From: an uncultured virus (IMG/VR IMGVR_UViG_3300030376_007335)
Taxonomy: Duplodnaviria > Heunggongvirae > Uroviricota > Caudoviricetes
DNA length: 20,000 nt
Virus record (IMG/VR): IMGVR_UViG_3300030376_007335
Span: 53,416-73,415 of that record
Direction: 5' to 3' (one strand)
In this document: positions 1 to 9,014 of the stretch, in pieces
Layout: each line of letters begins with the position of its first letter
Numbering within the stretch: position 1 is the stretch's first letter
Notes under the pieces: model-generated
What the model saw: only the letters and a program-made list of their open reading frames with translations
Database searches by the model: none
Told to the model about the DNA's origin: nothing
Program-made: the position numbers and the translations under genes

Positions 1-1
1 G

Positions 2-616
2 AGCTAAAGCATATGCTGCCATTTGCATTTGACATTTTTGGTATTTCATAAAGCCTGCTCTTCTTTTCCCGTACTCATTTTTAGGTGTTGAGGGTCCAGG
101 CCATCGAGAGTAATAAGGGCCATTGCTTGTTTTTAAGTCACCTAATACGACTTTTCCTTTATATTCTGCGACTATATCTGGAGTTCCTGCCCATCCCCAG
201 TTTTCATCACCATCTTCATTAAAGCCTGGGTGCCAAACACGAGATACTCCATCCCCTCCCATTGTCCAAGCATAATCATCTGGATTAGCGGGGTTTTCTG
301 CCCAAACTATATTTTCTAATTTTCCTAAATTTTCTGGTAAACCTTCCCAAAATTCGGCAATTTCAAGATTCTTTATTTCTGGATTTCTGTCCGATCCTAA
401 TAAAAAGTGTTCCATTAGGGAGTGGACTTTCGTACCTCTTGCAGCAGCAGCTTCTTTTCCACCAGGATTCTTTTTTGCCCATCGTTCTAATGCGGCTTTG
501 TTTCCCTGAGTTTCAGAAAGAATTGTTGTTACAGAAGGTAGAGCACCGTACGGAGTTTTGTAGTGCCTCGATCCATTAATTGTTAATCTTGTTTCACCTT
601 TAGAGCGATAATCCAA
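2..616 (-). CDS. PD-(D/E)XK-family phage exonuclease (3' end runs off the window; not in ORF track)
   Basis: Manual translation from TTG at 616: MDYRSKGETRLTINGSRHYKTPYGALPSVTTIL...RGTKVHSLME...WAGTPDIVAEYKGKVVLGDLKTS...QMAAYALA. Contains PSVTTIL, GT-x-VH, PD...D-x-K and QxxxY motifs. Confidence 0.85.
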   Translation of the reverse strand, partial: MDYRSKGETRLTINGSRHYKTPYGALPSVTTILSETQGNKAALERWAKKNPGGKEAAAARGTKVHSLMEHFLLGSDRNPEIKNLEIAEFWEGLPENLGKLENIVWAENPANPDDYAWTMGGDGVSRVWHPGFNEDGDENWGWAGTPDIVAEYKGKVVLGDLKTSNGPYYSRWPGPSTPKNEYGKRRAGFMKYQKCQMQMAAYALA

Positions 617-662
617 GAACAGTAAAATCGGTTCTTTGGAGAATAACCTCCCTAAACTTTGC

Positions 663-845
663 TCAATCTTTAGACTCTACTTTTGATAGGTGTTTTTTAG
701 CCCCTTCTATGTTATTAAAAAATTCACAACTACCTGTATAACAACTTAAATATTTTTCAAATGTCGTTTTCCCACCTGTAAGGGGGTAAGTGTGTACGGT
801 ACCTCCTTTAGGAGTTGTGAGTACTAGCTTGGGTTTTGCATTCAT
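663..845 (-). CDS. hypothetical protein
   Basis: 60-aa ORF, start coupled to the stop of the upstream ORF at 845. Confidence 0.7.
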   Translation of the reverse strand: MNAKPKLVLTTPKGGTVHTYPLTGGKTTFEKYLSCYTGSCEFFNNIEGAKKHLSKVESKD

Positions 846-1150
846 TAGTCGTGTTCTATTTCAGGTGGTCTTTCTGTAAAACAATTTTCTATCTTTGCAG
901 CAAATTGCATTGACTGAAATTGTCCTACGTGTGCTTGTATTCTCGCATGAATATCGAATGCTGACTTGATTGCATCATCTGGACTTATTGCCAACTTGGA
1001 ATTAGCCAATAAGCCTGCGGTCAATACTGAGACAGCTAGTTCTTGTGGATTTATATTGAAAGCTCTTAATGATTTCCCGTTATCGGTGAAAGACGATATA
1101 AGAAAATCTATGTGTTCCAGATTCGGGTCTGGTGTGGAGTGTTCGGGCAT
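845..1150 (-). CDS. hypothetical protein
   Basis: 101-aa ORF tightly packed in the minus-strand operon. Confidence 0.75.
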   Translation of the reverse strand: MPEHSTPDPNLEHIDFLISSFTDNGKSLRAFNINPQELAVSVLTAGLLANSKLAISPDDAIKSAFDIHARIQAHVGQFQSMQFAAKIENCFTERPPEIEHD

Positions 1151-1152
1151 TT

Positions 1153-1416
1153 TTAATCCTCAGAGTTGATGATCTGATATAACGTAATTGTATTTCTCTT
1201 TATTATGGGGACAAGTAATCCTTCATCTTTTAATGCATTTATCCGGCGTTGAATTGTTCGATGATTGCGTTCGAATTTTTTTACAACTTCAGTTATAGGA
1301 ATTAAAACAAAGTGGTTACCTTTAAACTCTGTTGAAATATCTAATAAATGTTGATGGATACTTATTGCTAAGTCGTCCATCAGGCTTTTCATGACAGGTC
1401 TAGCCATGGTCAACAT
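1153..1416 (-). CDS. winged helix-turn-helix DNA-binding protein
   Basis: IPITEVVKKFERNHRTIQRRINALKDEGLL followed by a beta-wing (IIKRNTITLYQI). Confidence 0.7.
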   Translation of the reverse strand: MLTMARPVMKSLMDDLAISIHQHLLDISTEFKGNHFVLIPITEVVKKFERNHRTIQRRINALKDEGLLVPIIKRNTITLYQIINSED

Positions 1417-1451
1417 AATTAAGAATGCGTAGGGTCAATTTTAGTAGTAAA

Positions 1452-1688
1452 TCAGTCTTCTTTTTTATCTTGTTTTAAATGCTCCTGATATTTTAATACT
1501 CCACTTTTAGCTGATTGAAGATCCATTGTCCAGCAGTTTTCCCAATCATGAGCCTTACTAGGGTATCGATAAAGTACATGACCAGTGTTGCCATGCTTTA
1601 AGATTTTTATTTCATAGTTTGAGAAAATAACTGAATCTAAAGGTTCAGATGGCTTTCCTTTGTAACGGATTTTCTTCTGAGTCCTCAT
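1452..1688 (-). CDS. hypothetical protein
   Basis: 78-aa ORF, co-oriented with neighbours. Confidence 0.65.
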   Translation of the reverse strand: MRTQKKIRYKGKPSEPLDSVIFSNYEIKILKHGNTGHVLYRYPSKAHDWENCWTMDLQSAKSGVLKYQEHLKQDKKED

Positions 1689-1738
1689 CCTGGTCCTGCA
1701 ACAGTAAGACTAGATTATCTGACCTAATCCAAGAGGTA

Positions 1739-1879
1739 TTACCTGTCGTAAAGTCGGTAATTATCTTCTGTACCTTCTCTTCTTTCTTGTAGGATTTCAA
1801 ATATATTCCAGTCTGTAGGCTCAGTTCTGCGCTTTGCGCTTTCCTCGATCAAGATATTTAGCTTATCTCTGTTAGTCAT
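1739..1879 (-). CDS. small hypothetical protein (46 aa, not in track)
   Basis: MTNRDKLNILIEESAKRRTEPTDWNIFEILQERREGTEDNYRLYDR*; start overlaps the end of the upstream ORF. Confidence 0.55.
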   Translation of the reverse strand: MTNRDKLNILIEESAKRRTEPTDWNIFEILQERREGTEDNYRLYDR

Positions 1880-2108
1880 TAGTCTTTTTATTAATTTTAG
1901 TCAGAGTAAATGTACCGTTATTTTGGTCAATCCACTCAATTTCGTCACCGATTCCCCAATTAAGTTTTTTTAATAGCTTTTTTGGGAAGTCAAAAACGCC
2001 ACGCTTACTAGTTCGAATATGCCAAGATTCGTTAATAATTTTATTTTCTTTTTCTATATGTGCGATTATTCTTGAGTTAGAAAAGCTTACGCATACTAGT
2101 TTTTTCAT
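1872..2108 (-). CDS. AbrB/MazE-like (swapped-hairpin) DNA-binding protein
   Basis: FDFPKKLLKKLNWGIGDEIEWIDQNNGTFTL matches the P-x-x-x-x-x-x-L-x-W-x-x-GD-x-I pattern of AbrB-like proteins. Confidence 0.6.
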   Translation of the reverse strand: MKKLVCVSFSNSRIIAHIEKENKIINESWHIRTSKRGVFDFPKKLLKKLNWGIGDEIEWIDQNNGTFTLTKINKKTND

Positions 2109-2764
2109 TATATTCCTGTTTTTATTCTTCTTCTTAAGTTATAAGTAAGGGACACTTTTTTAATAAGCTTTGCGGAACTCGGAGCTTCTTCAGGTGTGTT
2201 TTCTATAGCATCTCTAAGTTGATTTTTATCTGGAATTTCTTCTTCTTTATTATCAATAACTTCATTATTTATTAATCTTGTGATAACTGTTTTTCTTTTC
2301 AATCCAAAAATTCTTTTTTCACTATTTGTCCAAGATTTGAAATTGTCTTCAAGTTTTGCTTTTACCGTTCTAATGGTAGCTTGATACTTATTTCCTGTAG
2401 GCATAGAGCTTATTAATTGCTTTTCATATGCTTTTTTAATCAGGTTAATAATGTTTTTTCTCTTGTTTTTCCAGTGTTCGTGATTCTTTTTTAGATCTCT
2501 AATTTCTTTTTCTACTCTATCTATCTGTCTGTCACATTCTTTTATTACGCTTATTATTGCATCAAATTTTGATTCTTCTCTTGATTTAAGAGAGTTCCAT
2601 ATCAATTCAAGTTCTGATCTATCTTCTTCATCTAAATTTTCCAGCTCTAATAGAGCGTTTATCTCCTTACCTCTTTCTAGTAAGTGTAGATACGAAATAG
2701 GATCAGGCATTTTATTTACCTTGACCTCTATATTTTTTTTGACCTCGAACGGCATATGATCCAC
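2108..2764 (-). CDS. Siphovirus Gp157-like / Mu Gam-like coiled-coil protein
   Basis: KFDAIISVIKECDRQIDRVEKEIRDLKK...KNIINLIKKAY coiled coil; located with exonuclease and SSB. Exact start uncertain. Confidence 0.65.
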   Translation of the reverse strand: MDHMPFEVKKNIEVKVNKMPDPISYLHLLERGKEINALLELENLDEEDRSELELIWNSLKSREESKFDAIISVIKECDRQIDRVEKEIRDLKKNHEHWKNKRKNIINLIKKAYEKQLISSMPTGNKYQATIRTVKAKLEDNFKSWTNSEKRIFGLKRKTVITRLINNEVIDNKEEEIPDKNQLRDAIENTPEEAPSSAKLIKKVSLTYNLRRRIKTGI

Positions 2765-2936
2765 GCTTGCGCCTACCGTGGCCTATAGAAGTTTTTTTAG
2801 GTACTGCACTTTCACTTTTATTATTGTCTGAAAGATTTACTTTTCTAGGCATTAGTTAATTAGTTCTGGTTGAATTTTAAGCAGTGTTCGGTGTCTGTCA
2901 ATACGTCAAGTAGACTAGGGAATATGCCGAGTCTCT

Positions 2937-3188
2937 ATGGCGTCTTTTGAATTAGTGGAATTAGCTTTCGATCCTGCCGATTTAACCCCAACATTGGAGG
3001 ACGAATTCACTATGACGGCTGTTTCAAAAGAACTTGAATCACTAGAAAATATAGACCAAGTTAGAACAGGTGCTATTCAATTATTGAAAATTGCAATGCA
3101 GCGTCAAGCTATTATACGAGGTTTATGTAAGAGACTAGCTGAAATAGAGACACAAGGTGTTACTCGAAAAAAAATACCAAAAGGTTAA
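2937..3188 (+). CDS. NblA-like small helical-hairpin protein
   Basis: PTLEDEFTMTAVSKELESLENIDQVRTGAIQLLKIAMQRQAIIRGL resembles the NblA pattern (S/T)LEQ-x-F...L...M; own -10-like TAGACT at 2911-2916. Confidence 0.5.
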   Translation: MASFELVELAFDPADLTPTLEDEFTMTAVSKELESLENIDQVRTGAIQLLKIAMQRQAIIRGLCKRLAEIETQGVTRKKIPKG

Positions 3189-3192
3189 TTAA

Positions 3193-3357
3193 TTGGTTAA
3201 TCAAGTTAAACAGCACAAAAAATTACTTAAGTTTGCCGCTAAAGCGCAATTATGTACAAGTCGAAAAAAGGCACAGAAATTGATTGATAAGGCTGAAAGA
3301 GCTCAAGCTAAATTATCTACTGTTCCTCCTCAAGAGAGGATTGAAGAACAAGACTGA
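3193..3357 (+). CDS. small basic protein (54 aa, TTG start, not in track)
   Basis: MVNQVKQHKKLLKFAAKAQLCTSRKKAQKLIDKAERAQAKL...; resembles a recalled picocyanobacterial/cyanophage family (KAQxCTSR-x-x-AQKLI). Confidence 0.6.
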   Translation: MVNQVKQHKKLLKFAAKAQLCTSRKKAQKLIDKAERAQAKLSTVPPQERIEEQD

Positions 3358-3379
3358 GTAGATAAACGGGTATTAATGC

Positions 3380-3413
3380 AAAAGCTCCTCCTGCAAAAAG
3401 GAAGAGGAGCTTT
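3380..3413. terminator. likely bidirectional intrinsic terminator between convergent genes
   Basis: AAAAGCTCCTC-13 nt loop-GAGGAGCTTT. Confidence 0.7.
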
Positions 3414-3455
3414 GACATTGCTAGGTATAAAAGAGAATCTTCCATACCCATAACT

Positions 3456-4376
3456 TTACTTCAATCCGCCAGCTAAAGCACCAGCTTCATCACGTTCTCC
3501 TAAGCCTGAGTCAGCTGCTGGGAGAGCACAGTTTGTTATATCAACCCCCGGTTTTAGAGCATTGATACCAATTTCAGCTTCGCACTGCTTAAAGAATTTA
3601 CTAGCGTAAACCTCTGGAGGGCAGCTATCGTAGACATCTTCTAGATGATCTATATCAGCTTCTTTTTTAGGCCAGAACTCAAGGATATTGTCTTCTGTTG
3701 GAGTTATCCAAGATTTTGCAACACAGATGTCAGATTTTCTGACCTCACCATATTTTTCACTACCAAAAGTAGGTGTCCATATGACAGATGCAGCCATTTT
3801 TCCTCCGAATCCTTGAGCTGCCTTGTCTCCTGTGTGGTCGGCATAGGCAGATTCCAGTTGTTCTAGGAATTGAGCATACTTTTGGCAAAGTATCTTTGCT
3901 GCTCCTCCGTGAACAGAGAGTATTAAGGGTTTCTTGTGAGCTGGAACACCTTTAGCATCTACTAGATAGCAGAGAACTAGACGTCTTCTTCTATATGGAG
4001 GGTTTTTGTCAGGAAATTTTTCTTTCCATGTATCCCATAAGTGGTTTACATCGGTATAGAGTCCTTCGATAGCACCATTTTCATTGCTATTTTCTACGAA
4101 GGTTGGATCATCTTTATATCCACCTCTAAGAATAATTAGTCGAGGAGTTCGGAATAAGATTCCTGATTCAACTTTTCCTTCACTACCAAATTCTTCTTCA
4201 GTGTGTTCAGCGTCAGGAAATTGAGAAGGCTTACCAGTCCAACCACAGCGGTCAGCGTGTACATCTTTTAAAAAGATGCCTGGCTCACTTCTTCTATTGA
4301 GGATGATTAACATCCCTAGCTCACGCATTTGGCGTGGATACTTACTAGTATCTTTAAAGCGGTCTAGTACAGACAT
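3456..4376 (-). CDS. DUF5895-like protein, possible ssDNA-binding/annealing protein
   Basis: GILFRTPRLIIL...LCYLVDAKGVPAHKKPLILSVHGGAA...WTPTFGSEKYG..KSDIC resembles cyanobacterial DUF5895; adjacent to SSB. Confidence 0.55.
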   Translation of the reverse strand: MSVLDRFKDTSKYPRQMRELGMLIILNRRSEPGIFLKDVHADRCGWTGKPSQFPDAEHTEEEFGSEGKVESGILFRTPRLIILRGGYKDDPTFVENSNENGAIEGLYTDVNHLWDTWKEKFPDKNPPYRRRRLVLCYLVDAKGVPAHKKPLILSVHGGAAKILCQKYAQFLEQLESAYADHTGDKAAQGFGGKMAASVIWTPTFGSEKYGEVRKSDICVAKSWITPTEDNILEFWPKKEADIDHLEDVYDSCPPEVYASKFFKQCEAEIGINALKPGVDITNCALPAADSGLGERDEAGALAGGLK

Positions 4377-4434
4377 AAAAAGTTTTAAAAAGTTTGAGAG
4401 TTTTTAAGTCGGATAAACCGACTTCATAAGGTTA

Positions 4435-5190
4435 TCAAAATGGTATCCCATCATCAACTGGTTCGCTAGGTTTTGCTATAGCTTGTTGATGTGGTGAGTC
4501 AAATACTTCTCGTTTATCAGAAGAGGGTTTAGGTGGTTCCTTCCCTATATCATTTTTTGCTACTAAGTCTTTTACTTCATTAAAGTTTTCTGCTTTTCTT
4601 TGATCAATTGTGAATTGTTTAGATCTTACAGTTATGCGATACCCAGTTATTTCAACTCCTTCCTTATTTATATATTTATCAAATTTGAGAGATCCTCCTA
4701 TAGCAATAAAGCATCCTTTATGTATAGCTGATTTTAAATTTGCGGCATTTTCTCCCCAACTCTCTATACGAAAGCCAACAGTTGTAGTCCCATATTCCCT
4801 GTGTCCTAGTGGTTTTTGTGATACTACTCGGCACATCATTCCAAAACTAAATACGTTTTGATTTGATTGTTCACGTTGCCAGAGATGTGCAATACCAGCT
4901 AAATCTATCTGATTGCAAATAGTACCTGCAGGAACTTTCTGCAATGGACTAGATGGAACTATATAAGCTTTGTGATCATCATGTAAGTAGATTCTCCCAT
5001 TTATGAAAACTGTTTCTCCAGGTTCAATTGCTCCTAGGTCGTCAGTTTTTTTTGCCGCAAAACTGGGGATTAAATGGACTGGTATGGGAGGTCTTTCATT
5101 ATTACTAGGTATTTCAAAATCTAATAGTCTGAGACCTTTCTCCGACTTAGAGTCACCTTTGTAAACGGCGCATGCAGTGATGTTGTTCAT
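4435..5190 (-). CDS. ssb: single-stranded DNA-binding protein, apparently two tandem OB folds
   Basis: FRIESWGENAANL...KGCFIAIGGSLKFDKYINKEG is an SSB signature; N-terminal half has a second OB-like unit (IEPGETVFINGRI); acidic tail DDGIPF. Confidence 0.8.
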   Translation of the reverse strand: MNNITACAVYKGDSKSEKGLRLLDFEIPSNNERPPIPVHLIPSFAAKKTDDLGAIEPGETVFINGRIYLHDDHKAYIVPSSPLQKVPAGTICNQIDLAGIAHLWQREQSNQNVFSFGMMCRVVSQKPLGHREYGTTTVGFRIESWGENAANLKSAIHKGCFIAIGGSLKFDKYINKEGVEITGYRITVRSKQFTIDQRKAENFNEVKDLVAKNDIGKEPPKPSSDKREVFDSPHQQAIAKPSEPVDDGIPF

Positions 5191-5192
5191 AG

Positions 5193-5357
5193 TTACTTAA
5201 CAAGATTTTTTTCTAAACGGTCATGCATAATAGCATGCAAATTAGATAGCCTTTGGTCTAGATAGCAGCGTACATCTATGATCCCACTTTGGAGAGTAAG
5301 AAGTTCCTCATTAGACATGTCTTCTAATTTTTTTGGACTCGGCTTTTCAGGTGGCAT
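5193..5357 (-). CDS. small hypothetical protein (54 aa, not in track)
   Basis: MPPEKPSPKKLEDMSNEELLTLQSGIIDVRCYLDQRLSNLHAIMHDRLEKNLVK*; fills the gap and stops 2 nt before ssb. Confidence 0.6.
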   Translation of the reverse strand: MPPEKPSPKKLEDMSNEELLTLQSGIIDVRCYLDQRLSNLHAIMHDRLEKNLVK

Positions 5358-5407
5358 ATTTTAGAGGTAAGCAAATCAACTCTACAGAAATTATCTAGAA
5401 TTACAAG

Positions 5408-5728
5408 TTAAATTCTTGGAATTTTATTTAGTACAGGAGCTAGGTCTTTTTCTACTATTTTTGTTGTCTTCTCTGCTATGTCATCCAATATATTTACATC
5501 TAGTCCTGCGAAGGGAGGTATGATTCCAAGTATTCGTAACAGACCATCAACAAATAGTGCTAGGCATATGAAACCAAGAATCATGCTGATGATAGTTGCC
5601 TTGAAATTATGCTCTGCCATGGAAGCTTCATCGATTGCTCTAGCTTCTTCAACAGCTGCAGCAACCATCGCATCTACTTCTTTTTTGGTGTAAAAATCAC
5701 CTAAAAATGGGATGTCATGTTTGTCCAT
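5408..5728 (-). CDS. conserved Prochlorococcus/cyanophage-type membrane protein
   Basis: YTKKEVDAMVAAAVEEARAIDEASMAEHN followed by hydrophobic ATIISMILGFICLALFVDGLLRILGIIPPF. Confidence 0.75.
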   Translation of the reverse strand: MDKHDIPFLGDFYTKKEVDAMVAAAVEEARAIDEASMAEHNFKATIISMILGFICLALFVDGLLRILGIIPPFAGLDVNILDDIAEKTTKIVEKDLAPVLNKIPRI

Positions 5729-5866
5729 AATTTTTTTGAGAGGTTTTACTCATGACTTTTTCATGCTTTTTAGGTTAAAGTGTTGAAATGAAAACACTAG
5801 ACCCCGTTGATACTTATTTTGATTGCATCTCTTCATGTTATTTAGATGAAGATGAGAAATCGTGCC

Positions 5867-6067
5867 TTAATTCTTGCGTAGATCTATTAAGGAACGTTGA
5901 TATTCCATGTGCAGATGAATCACGTGTTCCCCTGTGCGCTTGATGCTTTTTGACATTTCTCTATAGCCGGTACCAACATAAAGTTGCCCAGCTACAACTG
6001 ATGCTGACATGAGTCCCCAGAAAATGTAATACCAAGAACTTTTGATTTGATGTTTTTTGTTTGTCAT
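5867..6067 (-). CDS. small membrane protein, cyanophage-type
   Basis: Start revised to ATG 6067 (TAATG coupling with pol stop): MTNKKHQIKSSWYYIFWGLMSASVVAGQLYVGTGYR. Confidence 0.7.
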   Translation of the reverse strand: MTNKKHQIKSSWYYIFWGLMSASVVAGQLYVGTGYREMSKSIKRTGEHVIHLHMEYQRSLIDLRKN

Positions 6068-7902
6068 TAGTGGGTCTCCATCCAATTTTTTCCTTCTCTG
6101 GCTTCACCAGTTAAGGGACATTTTAGATCGTAGTATTCTCCTGCCTTACGGAAAGAGTCTATAGCTAAACTTTTATAAAGTTCTGTTAATTGTGGCTTAA
6201 CAAGTGACTGTATTTCGTCATGTATGTGAGCAACGAAAGCGAAGTGGCAACCCCATCTTAATCCGGCTTTGTGTAAATCTTGGTAGAGGATACATGTAGC
6301 TTTCTTAACTGCAATAGCTCCTGTAGATTGTAAAAGTTGATTTAAAGCGCTATGTCTTGATCTTATTTGTAGATGTCTACCGTCTATGCCTACTAAATAT
6401 CCTCTTTTTACTACTCTTTCATCTACTTTATCTCGCAATTCTTTGATAGCTGGTAAATTTTTGTAGAAAGTATTGATAGTTTTTGATCCTATTTCTTTTT
6501 GTTCATATTCACTTAAATTTATATCCATTATTGAGCCTATGCGTTTTGCGCCCCCGCCATAAAGTACAGCATAAATTAGCGTTTTGGCCTTTTCTCTTAC
6601 TGCTTTTGTTATTTCACCTTTACCATCAAATATTCCAAATAGTTGTGCATTATAGGTATGAATATCAAAATCATCTGTACTAACTAATTTTGCATAATCA
6701 CCACCATCAAAATATGCTAATTGAGCTCCAAGTGCTCTAAGTTCTAGGCCACTAGCATCGGCTCCACATAAGCGCCAACCACCATCAGCATGGAATAAAG
6801 CACGACATTCTGCACCGTAAGGTTGACCAACTCGTGGTACCTGCCCGACGTTGGGCCCTCGGTGGGAGCATCTGCCCGACACACAAGCGTTTGTGATAAT
6901 TGATCCATGTATTCTTCCATCTTTATATTTTTGACTATGTTTTAGCCAAGCCTCTTTTCCATCTGAAATTTGTCCTAGTCTCTTATTAAGTAGTTGATAT
7001 TCAGCTAGGAGAGAAGCTTCCTTATACTTTTTACCCAAGATTTCCAAGACGTCATCATCAAGCTTAGTATTCCCTTTTTCCGTTTTGCCGAACTTAATCT
7101 CAGGATAACGCTCTTGTAACCTATCGGCAGTTTGTTTACGCGAAGCGGGGTTAAACGTAGTGACTTTGTCCTTAAGGGCTTTACCCGTTTTGGCAGAAGT
7201 ACGTTTTTCCGTGATGGGTGGGAAAACCTTTTGAAGTTGTTCATCAATTTCTGTCCTCCTTGTTTTTAAATTGTTGACTAGTGCAAATGCAGCTTTCTCA
7301 TCGAATGGAAAACCAAAGTCCTCTTGAAAGGACATAATTAATGCAAATGTATGCTCCAGCTTGAAGCATCTGGGATCAAGACCTTGAGTCTCAAAATACT
7401 TATATAGCTCTAACGAAACAAGCGTATCCCCTTCACAGTATATTTGCATTTCTTCAGACCACTCATCCCATTTTTCTTCTGCTTCTTTTTCTTCGTTAAA
7501 ATCTAGTTTTTTTACATTAAGACGTTCTCCCCAAGCTCCTAATGAATGTCGGCCTATATATTTTTTAGGGATATGAGAAAATTTTTGAGCATCAACAGGT
7601 TCTAATTCAGGCCACATGACCCTACTAGTAATTAAGGTGTCGTTAATTAAGCAGCTTTTTTTTCTTTTAAAAGATGGATAGACTTTTTTGATCGCTCTAA
7701 AATCAAAATTGATTACGTTATGACCAACTAATAGATCAGCACTTTCAAGAATATGTATTCCATTCCATATAGGTTCATAGCCTTCTTTATCTGCACAGCT
7801 AATAATGTCGCCTGTATCTATATCTCTTAAGACAAGAGAATGAATAGTATCTAGTTCATGGAGTAGACCGTTTGTTTCACAGTCAAACACATACCGATTC
7901 AT
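6067..7902 (-). CDS. polA: family A DNA polymerase, T7 gp5-like (3'-5' exonuclease plus polymerase)
   Basis: ExoI DCET, ExoII HNVINFD, ExoIII YCEGD, motif A DASGLELR, motif B REKAKTLIYAVLYG, motif C HDE; no 5'-3' exonuclease domain. Confidence 0.97.
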   Translation of the reverse strand: MNRYVFDCETNGLLHELDTIHSLVLRDIDTGDIISCADKEGYEPIWNGIHILESADLLVGHNVINFDFRAIKKVYPSFKRKKSCLINDTLITSRVMWPELEPVDAQKFSHIPKKYIGRHSLGAWGERLNVKKLDFNEEKEAEEKWDEWSEEMQIYCEGDTLVSLELYKYFETQGLDPRCFKLEHTFALIMSFQEDFGFPFDEKAAFALVNNLKTRRTEIDEQLQKVFPPITEKRTSAKTGKALKDKVTTFNPASRKQTADRLQERYPEIKFGKTEKGNTKLDDDVLEILGKKYKEASLLAEYQLLNKRLGQISDGKEAWLKHSQKYKDGRIHGSIITNACVSGRCSHRGPNVGQVPRVGQPYGAECRALFHADGGWRLCGADASGLELRALGAQLAYFDGGDYAKLVSTDDFDIHTYNAQLFGIFDGKGEITKAVREKAKTLIYAVLYGGGAKRIGSIMDINLSEYEQKEIGSKTINTFYKNLPAIKELRDKVDERVVKRGYLVGIDGRHLQIRSRHSALNQLLQSTGAIAVKKATCILYQDLHKAGLRWGCHFAFVAHIHDEIQSLVKPQLTELYKSLAIDSFRKAGEYYDLKCPLTGEAREGKNWMETH

Positions 7903-8123
7903 CTGTATAACTCTTGGATATCCACTATATCAAGTTCGTCAACCAATTTCTTATCCCTGAACTTGTCATATATAGTTTTGATAGAAGTTAAACTTTGTAG
8001 ACACAAGGCGTTGTCGATATTTTTTTTATCTGCTGTGTCTAATAGTTCTATCTTTTCAGATCCTTTTTTTATACAAAGTACTTTTTTCTTATCGGTAGTA
8101 CATAAGGAATATCCGATTTGCAT
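7899..8123 (-). CDS. hypothetical protein
   Basis: 74-aa ORF with ATGA overlap to pol start. Confidence 0.7.
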   Translation of the reverse strand: MQIGYSLCTTDKKKVLCIKKGSEKIELLDTADKKNIDNALCLQSLTSIKTIYDKFRDKKLVDELDIVDIQELYR

Positions 8124-8125
8124 GA

Positions 8126-8410
8126 TTAGTCCCTAATTGAGTCATGGTTTGGTATTGCTCTCATCAAGAATATATCAAGTGCTATATGCATTAGTAGGGG
8201 TACCATTCTAAATGCTGGTTCAGGGAGGCCACCAAAAAGGGCTACTAATTTGTCGTTTAAATCAGTTCTATGGAGTTCTTCCATTTCAACTGCGAGCATA
8301 TTAGCTACATTTAAGAAGAAGTCAGCTGGCTCTTCTTCTGTTTGTTTTAGCTGTTCAACTATTTCCCATAGTTGAGGGTCAGATTGAATTAATCTTAAAA
8401 GTTCTTCCAC
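8126..8410 (-). CDS. hypothetical protein
   Basis: 94-aa acidic helical ORF, GTG start, 2 nt upstream of next gene. Confidence 0.7.
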   Translation of the reverse strand: MEELLRLIQSDPQLWEIVEQLKQTEEEPADFFLNVANMLAVEMEELHRTDLNDKLVALFGGLPEPAFRMVPLLMHIALDIFLMRAIPNHDSIRD

Positions 8411-8411
8411 A

Positions 8412-9014
8412 ATGAGTTATCGAGTACGCCGCAAGTTTACAAGCTCTAAATTTTATGTCGAGGGTCAAATCTGTAAAATTTTTATGCAACCTCATTATGA
8501 AATACGCCCAGGTTTCTGGATATGGAATGTCGGATTTGCTATTGGCAAGTCAAATCGACAGATAAATGATTGGTATAACAAGAGAAATAATAAGCGTTGT
8601 CGGTCTATGTATAAAAAAATGACATGTCAGAGAGCAGGTTTTAAAGCTATTAAAAAAGGATTTGAAAAAGTTCTTCGTATGAGATGGATGATTGAACCAG
8701 GAGACATTCTTTTGTTGGATTGCACATCTGGAGACCCTGGAAAGCAGTTTAAAGCTTGGGGTAGGTGGCATAGGTATCATCCAGAGTGGACTTACTCTGT
8801 GGAGAAATTGGAATATTATTGGCATAGACCTCCTTATATAGATGATCCAGTTAGGAAAGATTTTAATATCAGAGCAATTACGCCAGAAGATCCTTTAGCT
8901 AATACAGATGGATCTCGTTACTTTGATTGTTTTCGTGTAGAGCCCAAAGTGAAAGGGAAAGATTTATCAATGAGTCAAATTTCAAATTTATTATCCCCTA
9001 TTTTGACAAGTTGA
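8412..9014 (+). CDS. hypothetical protein (basic, Trp-rich)
   Basis: 200-aa open frame in AT-rich DNA; no family recognised. Confidence 0.8.
   Translation: MSYRVRRKFTSSKFYVEGQICKIFMQPHYEIRPGFWIWNVGFAIGKSNRQINDWYNKRNNKRCRSMYKKMTCQRAGFKAIKKGFEKVLRMRWMIEPGDILLLDCTSGDPGKQFKAWGRWHRYHPEWTYSVEKLEYYWHRPPYIDDPVRKDFNIRAITPEDPLANTDGSRYFDCFRVEPKVKGKDLSMSQISNLLSPILTS

Noticed and set aside
1872..2108. Toxin-antitoxin module based on AbrB-like or RHH (13478-13729) genes
   Set aside because: No adjacent ORF resembles a known toxin
5828..5857. Inverted repeat TCTTCAT...ATGAAGA
   Set aside because: Short, AT-rich and without a U tract; could be chance
966..8825. Track ORFs 966-1169+, 3645-3866+, 4610-4861+, 5478-5693+, 6483-6683+, 7005-7247- and 8550-8825-
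   Set aside because: Shadow or alternate-frame ORFs lying within better-supported genes
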